A stretch of 64,000 nt of DNA from Zootoca vivipara (lineage: Eukaryota). The position numbers and the translations under genes were made by a program. This document shows, in pieces, positions 25,401-38,055 of the stretch. Positions within the stretch are counted from its first letter, which is position 1; each line of letters opens with the position of its first letter. Under the pieces are notes generated by a model. The model did no database searches. It was not told the origin of the DNA and saw nothing but the letters and a program-made list of their open reading frames with translations. The stretch is from positions 56,110,001-56,174,000 of the forward strand of contig NC_083277.1 in the NCBI RefSeq assembly GCF_963506605.1, in the 5' to 3' direction.

Positions 25401-26972
25401 CCCTCCCTTCCATTATGACATCATCCGGGAGAAGGAGTGCAGTCCCTACCGTCATCAGTGTTTTTATAGAACTCCCCAGTGAAAGATGTTACATTTCAAA
25501 AAGAAGAGGAAATAAAATTCATAACTTACTTTTTAAAAACACCCTCCCCCTGATTACAGAGCATAGTTGGCAAGGAAACATGGGCTTCACATCCAGTGGC
25601 AGTGAGGGATGTTCCTATAACATTTTGCACCAAGAGCAAGACAGACCTATCACACTCCCCCTCTAGACATCCGGGGTCTAATCAGGCTGAGAGAAGGGGC
25701 AATCAAAGTGAGGACACTGCCCTGTGAAGAACAAGACACAGGCTAGAATTCCTGTTTTCTCCTCTTTCCTTGGCCATGGAGGTAGAGGTAGCCCTCCAGT
25801 TCATTTAGCCCTCCTGAGTAGAGCCCTCTTAGCTGATGGTGGAATCTTCCTGGAACCATTTCCCCTCCTACCTCACCGGCAACAATATTAGAGAGCAAAG
25901 CAACACAAGTGGTTCTGACCTAAAATTTGCAGCATGTATCTTAAGTAAGCTGTGGCATGAAGCGTACAAACCCAACCAGCCATTTCAGTTTCAAGCGTCC
26001 AGTGCAGAACCTTCATGTTATTAACTGTTAATGAACTGCCGTTCTTCTGCCATGAGACGCCTTGCATTGCACCATGATGTGCGCTGGGTGTTGGCAACTG
26101 CCAATAAGCTGAGTGGTGTGTTGCTTCTTTTGCAGCCCACCAGTGAGGAGGATCTGTGCCCCATCTGCTACGCGCATCCCATATCTGCCGTATTCAAGCC
26201 ATGCTCCCACAAGTCCTGCAAGTGAGTAATCCCTTGGGGGATGTGGGCTTTTCTCTACTTTTGCTTTCTGGTTGGATGGAAGGGGTCCTAGAAGGTGCCC
26301 CAGACCATAACTGGATATTTAATTAACAAATTTTGCCATTTGAACTTTCTGAAGCTTCCTAGCTGAAATCTCTTTTTCACTTGTTGCCCTAATGACCAGC
26401 ATGATCCTTCTGAATAGCTACTTAGGCCAGTTCTCCCATACGTAAGGCTATGATTGCACTGTGCATGCAGATTCAACTGATTTGTTTTTTAAAAAAAGCT
26501 AGCATTTTAACCTTTTGGGCTGCGAAGTTTGGTTGATAAAGTGTGCCATTTCTAATTATATCTTAGAAGCCATGGGGAAGGCTGATCAGGATTCAAACTG
26601 GTTGGGGGCAGGGGAAGACTTCAGTGTCTCCCATTTCTCTAAGTCATTACCATAATTAGCACATGCCCCCAAAACCAATTTGTGCAATTTGTTTTATACA
26701 GAGCTGCTGTAGAATTTGATTTTAAGAGGAAAGTGGGCATTATCTTGCATGCACAGCACACTTGCACTCATTTATACCCAGCAAGGGACTTTACTAAATA
26801 CATATTGTTGGGCCAAAGCTCGGCCTGTAGCTGTGAACAAATGTCCAAGGCCTCCTGTTCTTGTCTTTCCAGAGCCTGTATCAACCAGCACCTGATGAAC
26901 AACAAGGACTGCTTCTTCTGCAAAGCCACCATCACGGGTGTGGATGATTACATGAAGCCAGCCACCTCTTAG
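18588..26972 (+). CDS. RNF123: E3 ubiquitin ligase RNF123 (KPC1), last four coding exons only; join(18588..18730,23334..23428,26136..26221,26873..26972); upstream exons lie before the window
   Basis: Spliced translation [24 protein letters not shown]...[25 protein letters not shown]...[61 protein letters not shown] matches the RNF123 C-terminus with a C3HC4 RING. All junctions are AG/GT with compatible phases. Confidence 0.96.
19401..19580 (-). repeat. (TAA)18 microsatellite forming the tail of a short L2-type LINE 3' end
   Basis: TAA x18 at 19401-19454 followed by TTTATACCCCGC..., the same junction seen at the L2 3' end near 35500. Confidence 0.85.
19670..19862 (+). mobile_element. Squam3-like tRNA-derived SINE, diverged
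   Basis: CAGTGGTAGGGCA...TTTGCATGCA..AGGTCCCAGGTTCA head and AAGGCAGATTCCT tail. Confidence 0.6.
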
Positions 26973-29081
26973 TGCCTGGACCCTGCAGGGCAGGGCCGCA
27001 TGCCCAGGCAGCTTCTCCACATGATGGACTCTCCTTGCTTCGAGAGCACCTCTGTCAAAGGCGGCTGCTGTTCAGCACAGCTGAGCTCAGTTGTGTGTTT
27101 TTTAATTGATAACACTTCTTGCAGGCCAGGCACTGCCATATGCATCCCCTCGGCCACATCATATCCTTCAACCCCCCTGAATTTAGGTACACTTCCTGTT
27201 GCTGTCATTGACTCCAAGCCAGCAGGCACTGGGCTTTTCCCATGGGGCATGTACAAGGGGGCTGAACATGCTCAGGTTTTCTACCTCAGCCTGAATCTGT
27301 AGCTCCTTTTCTGCATTTGCCCCAGGAAGCCTGTCTCGTACTGTAGCTGGGACACATCCCCTTTGGTGTGGTGCTTTTCTCGATGGGGTAAAAGCTGATC
27401 TCACAGGCAACATCGCTCCTGTGAGCCCAGCTGGCCACTAGCCAAGTGTGTTTTTTGCTGCAGCGCTTAGCAGCTGTTTTGACAAGTGTGTGTGTTGCTC
27501 AGAGTTGGTTCAGATATTTACGTGGGCATATCGTGCAGCAGCCCGCCCAGCTGTGCCACCTGATTTGGCTTTGGTGATGGAGGGAGATATTGACAAGCCA
27601 TTCTCCCACCTGCAATCAGATGCGCTGGTAAGTGAAAGATTGTACCATCTGTCCACTTAAACATTAGCCTCTGCTCTTTGTGCATATAGCTCCTTTCCTT
27701 TGCAGGTAGGGATTGCTAGATACGCATAGCAAAGACACAAGGCCCAGTTTTTGGTCTGGGGAGCTTAGTGAATGCAACAGCAGGCACACTACGCTATTAC
27801 TAACGGAAGCGCAGAGATGAAGCCCACAACCAGAGGAATGAGTCTGAATAGACTCCCAAGCTTCTCCAAGAAAAGAAAAACAGATACAGCAGGGGCCAGA
27901 GTTCATCCCATGCATTGTGTTCTGGTAGGGAGAAGTACGAGCTAGGTTGATCTTTATGGGCTACTGCAGGGGTGAACCTGATTGCACTGCTCTCTTCCAC
28001 CAGCAGAAGGTGCCCATGGCACCAGCCCTTCACTGTGTGACCAGGCTGCCTGTACTATCCAGGAGCAGACAAGGATGGTTGCTGTTTTTTAATTTACTAA
28101 CTGTGTGTGACTTGTAACCAGAAGTGTCGGGGAGGGCAGCAAGCATTGTGCTTGAAGCAAGGAATTTTAACTTATGTGCATCTATGATTGTCTCTCTCCC
28201 CCACCACCCTCCAAAGTGGAAGGGGTGTTAACTTCCATACAATGGAATATTATTAAATTATTATTCCTTAAGGCGGCGAGCTATGTGTATTCTTCTCCCC
28301 ATTTTATGGAGCACTGTCCTAAAGGCTGGCACAGCAGCAGTACAAGATGGGAATAGCTGCAGGGCAGGCAGCGGTAAAAGTGAGCTGCCATACAGAACTG
28401 CCATTGTTGTTCCCCAAGAGGAGTTAAAGAAAACATATGACACACCACACCTCCCATTCTTCATGACAATATAATTTCATTCCCCCTCCCCATTAATTGA
28501 CAGAGCCCTGCCCAGAGTTCTTGAATAGTAATAGTTAGTGATTATTGGCCATATGGAGGGAAGAGAGAGGGATCAGTCTCTGTAAGGCAGTAGAGTTCCA
28601 AAGAAGAGGACTGTATTCTGTCTTCCCTTTGTGCAACATGAGCAGCACATCTTATCCGGAAATAAAAGCACAGCATGCTGTTCTTTCCCCCCACCTGGCC
28701 TGCCTGGGACTGTTCTCTTGCAGCAGCTGAACTCCTACTGCAGAACCACAGCGTTCTGTACCACAATAAAGCATTTTCCTCTTTGCACATTAGGGTTACT
28801 TTCCAGTAGTAGGGCAATGGCCTGCGGCATAGGACAACCCCTGGAGCTGGCCCAGGTCATCATGCCTTATGCTAAGCGGTGATTCTGAGGAGCACTCCAG
28901 CCGCTTACAAACCTCCTTCTCCCACTACACTCCTAGGATCCCAGCAGAAGGTTAGTATTTTCTCAGCATAAAAGTCAGCAAGGAGCCCCCGCTCCCAAGG
29001 CACAGGGTGGGGATTCCCCCTGTAAGAGGGTAAGACAGGGAGGGCCCTCTCAGCAGGTCCAATACTCAAGGCCCAGGACCG

Positions 29082-32000
29082 CTACATGATGATGCGTGGC
29101 TCCGGTACAGACTCAGCAATGGATTTGTGAGGCAGTACGTTGGCACCATTGAGGTAGAGTTCATCGTTCACAATGACATCCTCTCCCAGCACTGACACAT
29201 TCTCCATCCGTACCTGAGGAAGGACATGACATACAGTTAGACAACTCTATGCTGAACTGGGGGGAAGTAGTACGTTACAAGATAGACTAAGGCTAAGGCA
29301 GTTTCTTGCCTCCATGGTACAGTCCTGTGGCTACTCAGGAGTCAGTTTCTAACAGGTTCTGCCCTTGCTTTTCTGGCTCTGGGCTGCTAATTAAAAGCAG
29401 GAGCAGCCAGAATGAGATGTCAGGATAATTATACCTGTAGAGTTTCCCTAAATCTTACTCAAAGTTGCCACTATATTTGGTACCAATTCAACTGATAGGG
29501 AAAGGACAGCTTGATACCTGGCACAAAGCAGCACTGAAAGATATTAAATTGGGACTTTATAGGGCAAGTTTCCCTGTTATGAAAATAATAAGGTTATTGA
29601 GTATGAACACAAAACCACCGCAAAGGCACAAGTCCACCATGAGTGAGAGAACAAACAATGCAGGCATGTGAAGAAACTACATCACAGTAGCATTTGTGTG
29701 GACTGCACACTCCAGCTCACTCATCAGTAAAAGAACTAGTTAGTCTTGCTAAGATGCAGCTCTGACCAATACAGTAGTGCAATTCTTAAGTCCCAGACAC
29801 ACTGGGTGGGAGAGGTTAGGATATGGCCTGATCTCCCCACCCCTGTGGCTCAGGTGGCCTTAAGCTGGCGACTTCGCCTGGCTGAAGTAAATCTCTCATG
29901 GCACAAGCTGTCCCAGTGTGCAGGGCAAAAAAGGGGCATGTTGAGGCCAGCAAACAGGCACACAGGGGCAACCGAAAGGAATAAACAAAATTATCCTGCA
30001 TTCCAGCTCCCTCCATTTACTGGTCCTGCCCAAAGAGGTAACATTTCCCCCATAGAACAGGGGTCCCCAGACTTACGGGCGTTTGGGCCGGTTCCCACCG
30101 CGCTGATCGCGCGGCGGGCCGGAGGACGGGGGAGCGCGCGCCTGTGCGCATGCGCACGGGCGCTTACTGGCGCGGCAACGCACTTCCAGGGTAGAAAAAG
30201 CGCCGAAAATCCGTTGTGCGCATGCGTATGGGCCTCCCCCGACCCGGAAGTGCACCAGAAATGACCTCTTCCGGGTCGGGAGAGGCCCATACGCATGCGC
30301 ACAAAGGATTTTCGGCGCTTTTTTCCCGACCCGGAAGAGCGCTGCCGCGCTGCGCGCCGTAAGAGCGGGCGGCGGGGGTCGTCACGGGCCGGATTGGCAG
30401 GCCAATTAGGCCGCATCCGGCCCCCGGGCCGTAGTTTGGGGACCCCTGCCATAGAAGAACAGAAAATGTTTACATTCCCTCAACCTACAGCAGTTAGGCT
30501 GCAGCTTCACTTTCCCCAGTGTACTCCTGTATATCTGCCTGATGAGGATTGCTCTGTCACATAACTCACCCACTGGCCTACAGAGGAGCTCCAGCCAACA
30601 ATGCAAGACTCCAGCCATGAATGAGAGCGGATCCGCGACCCCTTCAGCACAGTGCAACGTTTGATCCGAACCCCGTCCTCTATCACCACTCCTGCCCCAA
30701 TGGTTACATTGGGACCAATACTGCAGTTCGATCCAATCTTGGCAGTTGGGTCCTGAAGTTGGAGGGGAGAAATTGTGCATGAAAGTTAAACCCGGTTTTT
30801 CTTGAGCAGCTTCCACAGCTCCAGTCTGGGAAGTAGCTTCCTCCTCCTCAGAGGAAACTAGATGGGAGAGAGCAACATTCCCACACAGCTCTAGTCCACA
30901 AGATGGTAGGTGTAATATCAAGAGCTGCTGTTGCCTTGCCCAATATACTACCACTTTTAGATCAGCCTTTAATGAAGTGCTGCCCACCCTTGCTCCAAAG
31001 AAATACAAGAATAGAATTACCACTAATACATTCCCCATGAAACCCGGTCCTGAGTGCAGCCGCTCGGGATGTTTCAGCCGTAGATATTGCAGATACATGC
31101 ACATGCCGGTCAGAAAGTCTTTGGGCTGCCCAATGTCCATCCAGAACCCTGTGATGACAAAGCTGCATTAATAAGGCACATGTCTCCATTGATGGACCTT
31201 ATACCAGCCTTCCTCCCCAATGTGGTGCTCACCAGATGTTTTAGACTTGCACTGGGGCTGATGGGATTGCCGTCTAAAGCACAAGGAGGACACCGCGTTG
31301 GGGAAGGCTGCCTTATACGAAGACTCGCCAGCATTAGCTGTATAAGTGGGAGCTCTGCATCTGGTAGCAGGCAGACAGCAGGGCTCTAGGCCTGGCAGAC
31401 TTGTAAAACAAATGGCTCTGGTTCGCTCTCACCCTCCTGTTCTACGAACTACCAGATAAGCCTATTTTCCCAAGTCCTTAAAACTCTACTCTACCCTAGA
31501 CAAAACTTAGCAGTAGATGCTTCAGGGAATGAAATAACCTGGGGATAAGCAAATGTGATTTATTCTTCAAGAAGATCTAATGTTGATATTGGCGGGGGGG
31601 GGGGGGAGGCAGAGTATTAAAAACAAATCTTGGGACCCTAAGTAACATTTAGCGAATTCTACAAAGTTAAATAACATGTTGAATAACATGTTAACATCTC
31701 TCACACTGAAAGGTGGGAAGGGCAGATTTCCTTTGTCTCCTGGCTCTGTGAACATAAGAACCTGCTGAATCAAAAGTCCATCTAGCCCAGCATCCTGCTT
31801 CCCTCCCAGTGGCCAACAAGATGCCTTCTGGAAGCCCACAAGGAGGATTGGAGAGCAATAGCCCTCTCTGCCTTTTGCTCCTCAGCAACTGGGGCTCAAA
31901 AGCATGCTGCCTCCACTCCCGAAGCAAGATGTGCAGTGAAACCACATTGCATTATTTCATTCAAACATTGCCCTAGAGGGCCCTTGCATGTTATGTGGTA

Positions 32001-35000
32001 CCTTCCACATCTTGATCTTATTTTTACTTCTCAACTCCAGTTCCAGGTCCTCACTGACTTAACATCTAACTGCCTAATATGCCCTCTCCTCAAATCACTG
32101 CCTACAGCTGTGAGAGCCCCTTAGGATCAAAGTACCATTCCAAATCCTTCCATGTGCCCTTACCCTGCAGTTCCATGGCATAGAGTTGTCCTTGTTCTGC
32201 CATCACTGGGAATATCTCCTTCTCAATCGAGGTAGGCCGCAGCTAAGGGAAGGCAAGAGTACTATCAGTTGGCCATTTATGTTGTAAAGACTAGAGATGT
32301 ACTGTTCCCACGGACATCATCATCCTTAATCTCACCGGCATGAAAGGATGAGATGCCCGACTAAAACCACAACCCCAAACACCCCAGCCAGTCTGCCCTG
32401 TGCAAGATCCCTGCCTCATACCTTGATCCGCTCTAGCACACTTGGGTTTAAGATGTACATGCCAGCGTTGATCTTGTTGGAAACAAAGACCTGGGGTTTC
32501 TCCACAAAGCGGTGTATGCGCCCCGTATCTGACTCACACACCACTACGCCGTATTTGGATGGCTCCTCCACTTTGGTCACCTGCAGGGCAAAGTTGGTAT
32601 CACACCCAGCCATGGTACTCACAAGGGCACAGAAAGAGCTCCGTTGAAGTGCCATGCCTAGTTTACTATCCCGATCTCTTATTTTAAAAAGAACCCCATG
32701 AGCAAAATAAAGGGTAGGACAGGGCACATTCACACAGAAGACCTTTACTCGAACCACTTCTGCTTTTGCATTAGAGAAAGAGATGGGTGTGCAGGTCATC
32801 CCTAAAATAAGAACACACACCCTAATTCTTCTTTGTTTATGAACTAATAAGCATGCCCCTGTGCCATGTAAACAAGGGGAGGCATTTATAACACCCACAG
32901 GTGGGGCTTGATTTTTTTAAGTAGGTTGCAGAGGGTTGGACTAGATGTCCCTTGGGATCCTTCCCAACTTTACAATCCTATGATTCTTTGTTCCTGCAAC
33001 TACAGTTTTTGCTAAGTAATAAGGGTTTGTGGAAGTGATGGAGCTCTTTCCACCTATGTCTCCAGCTGGCCTGCTAAACTTGGCCTGCTGCTTTCTGGCA
33101 GCTCCGCAACCAACAGAAACTAGGTTGTCCAAGGATCCACAGGCAATTCCAAGCAAAAGAGCAAGTGGTCGAGCCTTTGGCTTTCCAAAGATGTTGGCAG
33201 ACTACACTTATCATCATCCCTGAATTGGCTCATGCTGATGGGAGCTGGAATCCAGCTACCTCTGGAGGGCCACTCCTGCAATGGAGCATTGCAAGCATGG
33301 AGTGGGTGCCCCTCAGGTACTTACCACAATGGTGCCCTCTTTTCCATGATGCCTGTGGAAGTGCACCATGTCTTTGAAGGGGAAATCGCAGATCACATCA
33401 CTGTTGAGCACAAAAAAAGGCTCTGCATTCTCGGTCAACAGCTCCCGCGCTAGTGCCAGGGGTCCAGCTGTGGAGGAAACCAGAGCCTTCAATATTCACC
33501 TATTCATGTGCCCTTCAGCAACAACAGGCAGCATGCACTGCTCAACCCACTTTAGAAAGTTCCATCCTATATAGCTCCTGATCAGAATAAGTAGCATCCA
33601 ATCCTCCACCTGCATATAGCCAGGACACTATATGCAGGTTGCCACAAGTTTTGATTCTGATTTACACCCCCTATAACCTCACCTCTCCACAAGAAAGTGG
33701 TTGCTTCAGTTACCTGTGCCCAGTGGTTCCTTCTCATGCGACAGGGAAATGTGAATGCCCAGCTAGGAAACAAAGTAGAATTTGGGAAACAGAATTCAAA
33801 GATGCACACCACCAACAGAATATGTGTGCCAGTGACCTGGCTATATACCCTTCCCTTAGTCATCAGATTTTCATAAATCCTCCTCTAACAGAACTAGACA
33901 ACCATATCAATATTATTCAATGATGAATTTATGGTGACCTACAGATTGCAGGCTCCCTGGCTTTGTGGGGGTACTTGTTCTAATGAAGCGACAGATGAAC
34001 AGCATAAATTAAGATGAAAGAACTAAACTTTACTTTCCCCCTTAGAAAGTCATGTAACACACCATCCACATTTGAAAGCAAGTCCATCAAGTCCAATAGA
34101 ATTTCAGCTAAGTTAGGTACACTAAGGGTCAGGCTGCATTCACAATTACAAAGAGGAGGTTAGAATCAGTGGCTTAGATCCTAAGATAAGTTAATCTGAA
34201 GTTCACAGAATGAAAGTTTCCTGTTCTCTCCTCCCCCTGAAAACCTCCCTAGAGCAATGGGGGGGATGTGCTTGTAAAATGTGGGATGGGGCATGGATGA
34301 TGGCTGATAACTGCCCTCAATCTGGCTTGAATCCTAAGGTAACTTCAGAAAGTTCATGGAAGGAAGGTATCCCAACTCCTCCTCCTCCTCCCAAAGTCCC
34401 CTGCACTTTGTCCCACAATTGGGGGCCCCATTCCTTCAGAAGAGCTATTGGAGAAGCACAGGTGCCTGTGGGTGTAGAAAGGAAATGGGAAATCTTCCTT
34501 CCATGAACTTTCTGAAGCTGTCTTGTCTTAGGATTCAAGCCAATAGGCACATGGCACCCTTGAAGCCCCAAATAAAGACTGCAGCCAGTGGGTAGAATTC
34601 AGTGTTACACTAATTTGATGATTTTGTCAGCACAAGCATATAGGCTTTGTAAACATCATGATCTCCCATCTCCTCCTCCCCCCGTGCTCTTCAGTGGGTT
34701 CTCCCAACCTGCGAGAGCATATTTGGGGAAGGCATGGGGGCACACAAGGCGGGGGGGAGCCCCGTTGCACTTCCACTAGCAAATCAGTTGAATCTGGTCC
34801 CAATGTAACAATGGAGAGGGTGCTAAGCCTTTTTATGCTGGAATGTCTGAAATAAGATGTGCATTAAAAGTATAGGTTGTATTTGCCACAGCACAAAGAA
34901 TACATTCCGTCAGCAGAAAAAAAATCTGCTTGTACTATCTGCTTATACAATGCCCCCCCCCAACACACACTCTCTAAATATGTTCTGAAACCCTCTGGAA

Positions 35001-38000
35001 CAGATTTGAGGACAACACAGTGCATGGTGGGGGAGGGGGTCCAATGCATTAGTACTAATCCTTGAACTAGTGCATCTATTTTGAATACCACCCTGTCTTC
35101 AAATAGTTATAGACAATAGGTTCCATCTATTTGGAAATAATAGGTTTCTGGCTAAAGTAATCTGCCAGTGACTATCATCAAATCACAAAGAGAGTGCTGC
35201 TGTTAGAGTGTACCATTAGCTAGATCTTTACTGCAGGAAAGTTATCTTGCTTCTAACCAACACTTGTGTAGCTGGCATTGCCAATGAAACTGAATCCATA
35301 TACCTTCAGTTACAGGAAGCTACAAAAAGTGGTATGGCACGGTGCCAAGAGAAAGCCACACCCTGCTTTTTACAGTGTAGGAAGTGAGCAGCATTTATGG
35401 ATATACTTGCACAACATACGCTTATTTTGGCTTAGTTGGCTTCAGTTAAAATTATAATATATTGTATAGTTGTAATAATAATAATAATAATTAATAATAA
35501 TAAATTTTATTTATACCCCGCACTCCCCAGCCAGGACTGGGCTCAGGGCAGCTAACACCAAATATAAAACAGTTAATTAAAATACAGCTTAAAAACAAGA
35601 TTAAATACAACATTTAAAATGCAGCCTTATCATAAAAGGAAAAGGGGGGAGGGGATCAAGTTGATTCCAGGCCAGAGGCCAGGCGGAACAACTCTGTCTT
35701 ACAGGCCCTGCGGAAAGAAATCAAATCCCGCAGGGCCCTGGTCTCATGAGACAGAACGTTACACCAGGCCGGAGCCAATGTTGAAAAGGCCCTGGCTCTG
35801 GTTGAGGCTAATCTGACTTCCTTATGGCCTGGGATCTCTAAGGTGTTGCTATTTACGGACCTTAAGGTCCTCCGTGGGGCATACCGAGAGAGGCGGTCCC
35901 GTAGGTACAAGGGTCCTAGGCCGTGAAGGGCTTTAAAGGTCAAAACCAGCACCTTAAATCTGACCCTGTACTCCACCGGGAGCCAGTGCAGCTGGAAAAG
36001 CACTGGATGAATATGTTCCCATGGCAGGGACCCTGTGAGGACCCTTGCTGCAGCATTCTGCACCCGCTGGAGTTTCTGGGACAGCTTCAAGGGCAGCCCT
36101 GCGTAGAGCGAATTACAGTAATCAAGCCTGGAGGTGACCGTCGCATGGATCACTGTGGTCAGGTCGGGGCGGGAAAGGTAAGGGACCAACTGTTTGATGC
36201 AGCGAAGGTGGAAAAATGTCGCCTTAGCTGTTGCTGTAACCTACGCATCCATAGAAAGGGAGGTGTCAAGGATTACACCCAAACTCTTAACGGAAGGCAA
36301 TGACACTAATTAAATTGTAATCTAATTAAAGCTCATGCACTGCACTATAGTTAATTTGAGTTTCACATCGAGGCCCTAGCACATACAGCCTATCTAACTC
36401 TGCAAAGTCCAAAGCAAACCCCTTTCCTTGCAGTTGCAAAACTTCCCAAGAATAAAGTGAACTATCAAATACCCACCTCATGAAACTGAAAGATAATCAC
36501 TAGAGTTAGTGATTCACAAGGCTATGCTCTGTGAAAGCAGCATGAGTCTAGGTAAGGCTATTGAGCCACTAGCTTTCATAGAACCTCAGCCACATTCAGA
36601 CAAAATGCTAGAGCAAATGAAGAGTTCCAATCAACTCCTGCACATCTACAGCAGTGTTTCCCAACCAGTGTGCCTCCAGATGTTTTGGGACTACAACTCC
36701 CATCATTCCTGACCACTGGTCTTGCTAGCTAGGGATGATGGGAGTTGTAGTCCCAAAACATCTGGAGGCACACTGGTTGGGAAACACTGATCTACAGGAC
36801 CCCCAACCATCAGGTTCAGGAAAGCAGCCTAAAAACTATCAACTCAAAACTTACCCTTTGCTCTTGTTCTTTCATCTCCTTTTCCAGCAGTTCTGACATA
36901 TAACTGACAGCAAGGATCACATGGTTCACACCTGCCTGTCAGAGAAGAGGAATAGTAACTCCAAGACACTGGAACTATGCACACAACTGAGGTGATTACC
37001 GTAGGTGTCCAGACCCAGGGAGGCAATATCCACCCAACTGGACCAGAGACCATAATTATTTAGGATATGTAAGGGACCCAGGTGGTGCAGTGGGTTAAAC
37101 CACTGAGCCTAGGGCTTGCTGATCAGAAGGTCGGCGGTTCGAATCCCTGTGATGGGGTGAGCTCCCGTTGCTCGGTCCCAGCTCCTGCCAACCTAGCAGT
37201 TCGAAAGCACGTCAAAATGCAAGTAGATAAATAGGAACCGCTACAGCGGGAAGGTAAACGGCGTTTCCATGTGTTGCTCTGGTTTGCCAGAAGCGGCTTT
37301 GTCATGCTGGCCACATGACCTGGAAGCTATACGCCGGCTCCCTCGGCCAATAATGCGAGATGAGCGCGCAACCCCAGAGTCGGTCACGACTGGACCTAAT
37401 GGTCAGGGGTCCTTTACCTTTAAGGGATGGTTATGCAAGACTGGAACAGAGATAAACATTTCTAATCCTTTCCCCATCAACTCACTTTGCTGAGCCAAAG
37501 GAAGCAAAATCACTCCCAAATCTGGAAGACCACCCATCACTTAGGCATTAGTCTGTGATCCAATGCAAAGTAATTTATCTTCAGTTAGCACAGGGATGGG
37601 GAGATGCCTAGAGATGCACAGGGAACATGTGGCAGAGGGTACAGCACAAGAAGCCATCCCAGATGTGTGCAGGAGGACTTATAAAGTATCTCCTTAACAT
37701 CTTTCAGTCAGACATGAGACGTTCCCATGGAATAACTCAACAGCAAAAGCTTCACCTACTGAATTCCAGTCTGCCATGCAGCTCTTAAAAGGCACAGCAC
37801 CCTTTTCAGGAAAAAGAGGCCCCTGAATCTCTCCCCGCCCCCCGTGCCACCCTACCCGCTCTTCTAAACGGACGGCAGCCTCACCTTCACCCCACCCAAA
37901 TACAGAAGGTTGGTGCTCAATCCTACCTTCACCAGAGCCTCCACCTGGTGCAGCAGGATAGGCTTGTTGCAAAATTCCACCAGGGGCTTAGGGATGCTGA

Positions 38001-38055
38001 GGGTCAGGGGCCGCAGCCGCGTGCCATAGCCCCCCACCAAGATCAGCGCCTTCAT
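29082..38055 (-). CDS. GMPPB: Mannose-1-phosphate guanylyltransferase beta, 360 aa; complement(join(29082..29213,30570..30752,31021..31148,32164..32242,32422..32580,33325..33467,33714..33762,36855..36935,37927..38055))
   Basis: Starts [32 protein letters not shown] (nucleotidyltransferase signature) and ends with a left-handed beta-helix and ...[15 protein letters not shown]. Exon lengths 129+81+49+143+159+79+128+183+132 = 1083 nt, all GT-AG. Confidence 0.98.
30058..30448. mobile_element. Young GC-rich hAT (Charlie/Buster-like) MITE in the last GMPPB intron
   Basis: TIR CAGGGGTCCCCAGACT / AGTTTGGGGACCCCTG; perfect TSD CCATAGAA (30050-57 / 30449-56); internal inverted repeat with ~55-bp arms. 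Confidence 0.92.
35474..36295 (-). mobile_element. 5'-truncated L2-clade LINE (ORF2 C-terminus, 3' UTR, (TTA)n tail) in GMPPB intron
   Basis: ORF 35656-36189 has [13 protein letters not shown]...[14 protein letters not shown]...[22 protein letters not shown], typical of L2 ORF2. Confidence 0.92.
36652..36789. mobile_element. Palindromic hAT MITE, related to 801-936
   Basis: Near-perfect ~55-bp inverted arms CAGTGTTTCCCAACC...GGTTGGGAAACACTG; perfect TSD ATCTACAG (36644-51 / 36790-97). Confidence 0.92.
37073..37421 (+). mobile_element. Full-length Sauria SINE
   Basis: tRNA-like head with A box (GGTGGTGCAGTGG) and B box (GGTTCGAATCC), BovB-like 3' stretch GAGTCGGTCACGACT, and ACCTTT tail. Confidence 0.92.

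Noticed and set aside
29746-30564. Overlapping ORFs with a repeated [18 protein letters not shown] peptide on both strands
   Set aside because: Artefact of the MITE's internal palindrome.
30406-31140. 244-aa ORF beginning with GMPPB exon 7
   Set aside because: Chance read-through of a 268-nt intron (not a multiple of 3), so exon 8 is read out of frame.
36652-36789. Long hairpin resembling a pre-miRNA
   Set aside because: Explained by MITE inverted arms with a TSD; no small-RNA evidence is available.
37073-37150. tRNA-like A and B boxes
   Set aside because: Head of a Sauria SINE, not a tRNA gene. The same applies at 54452.
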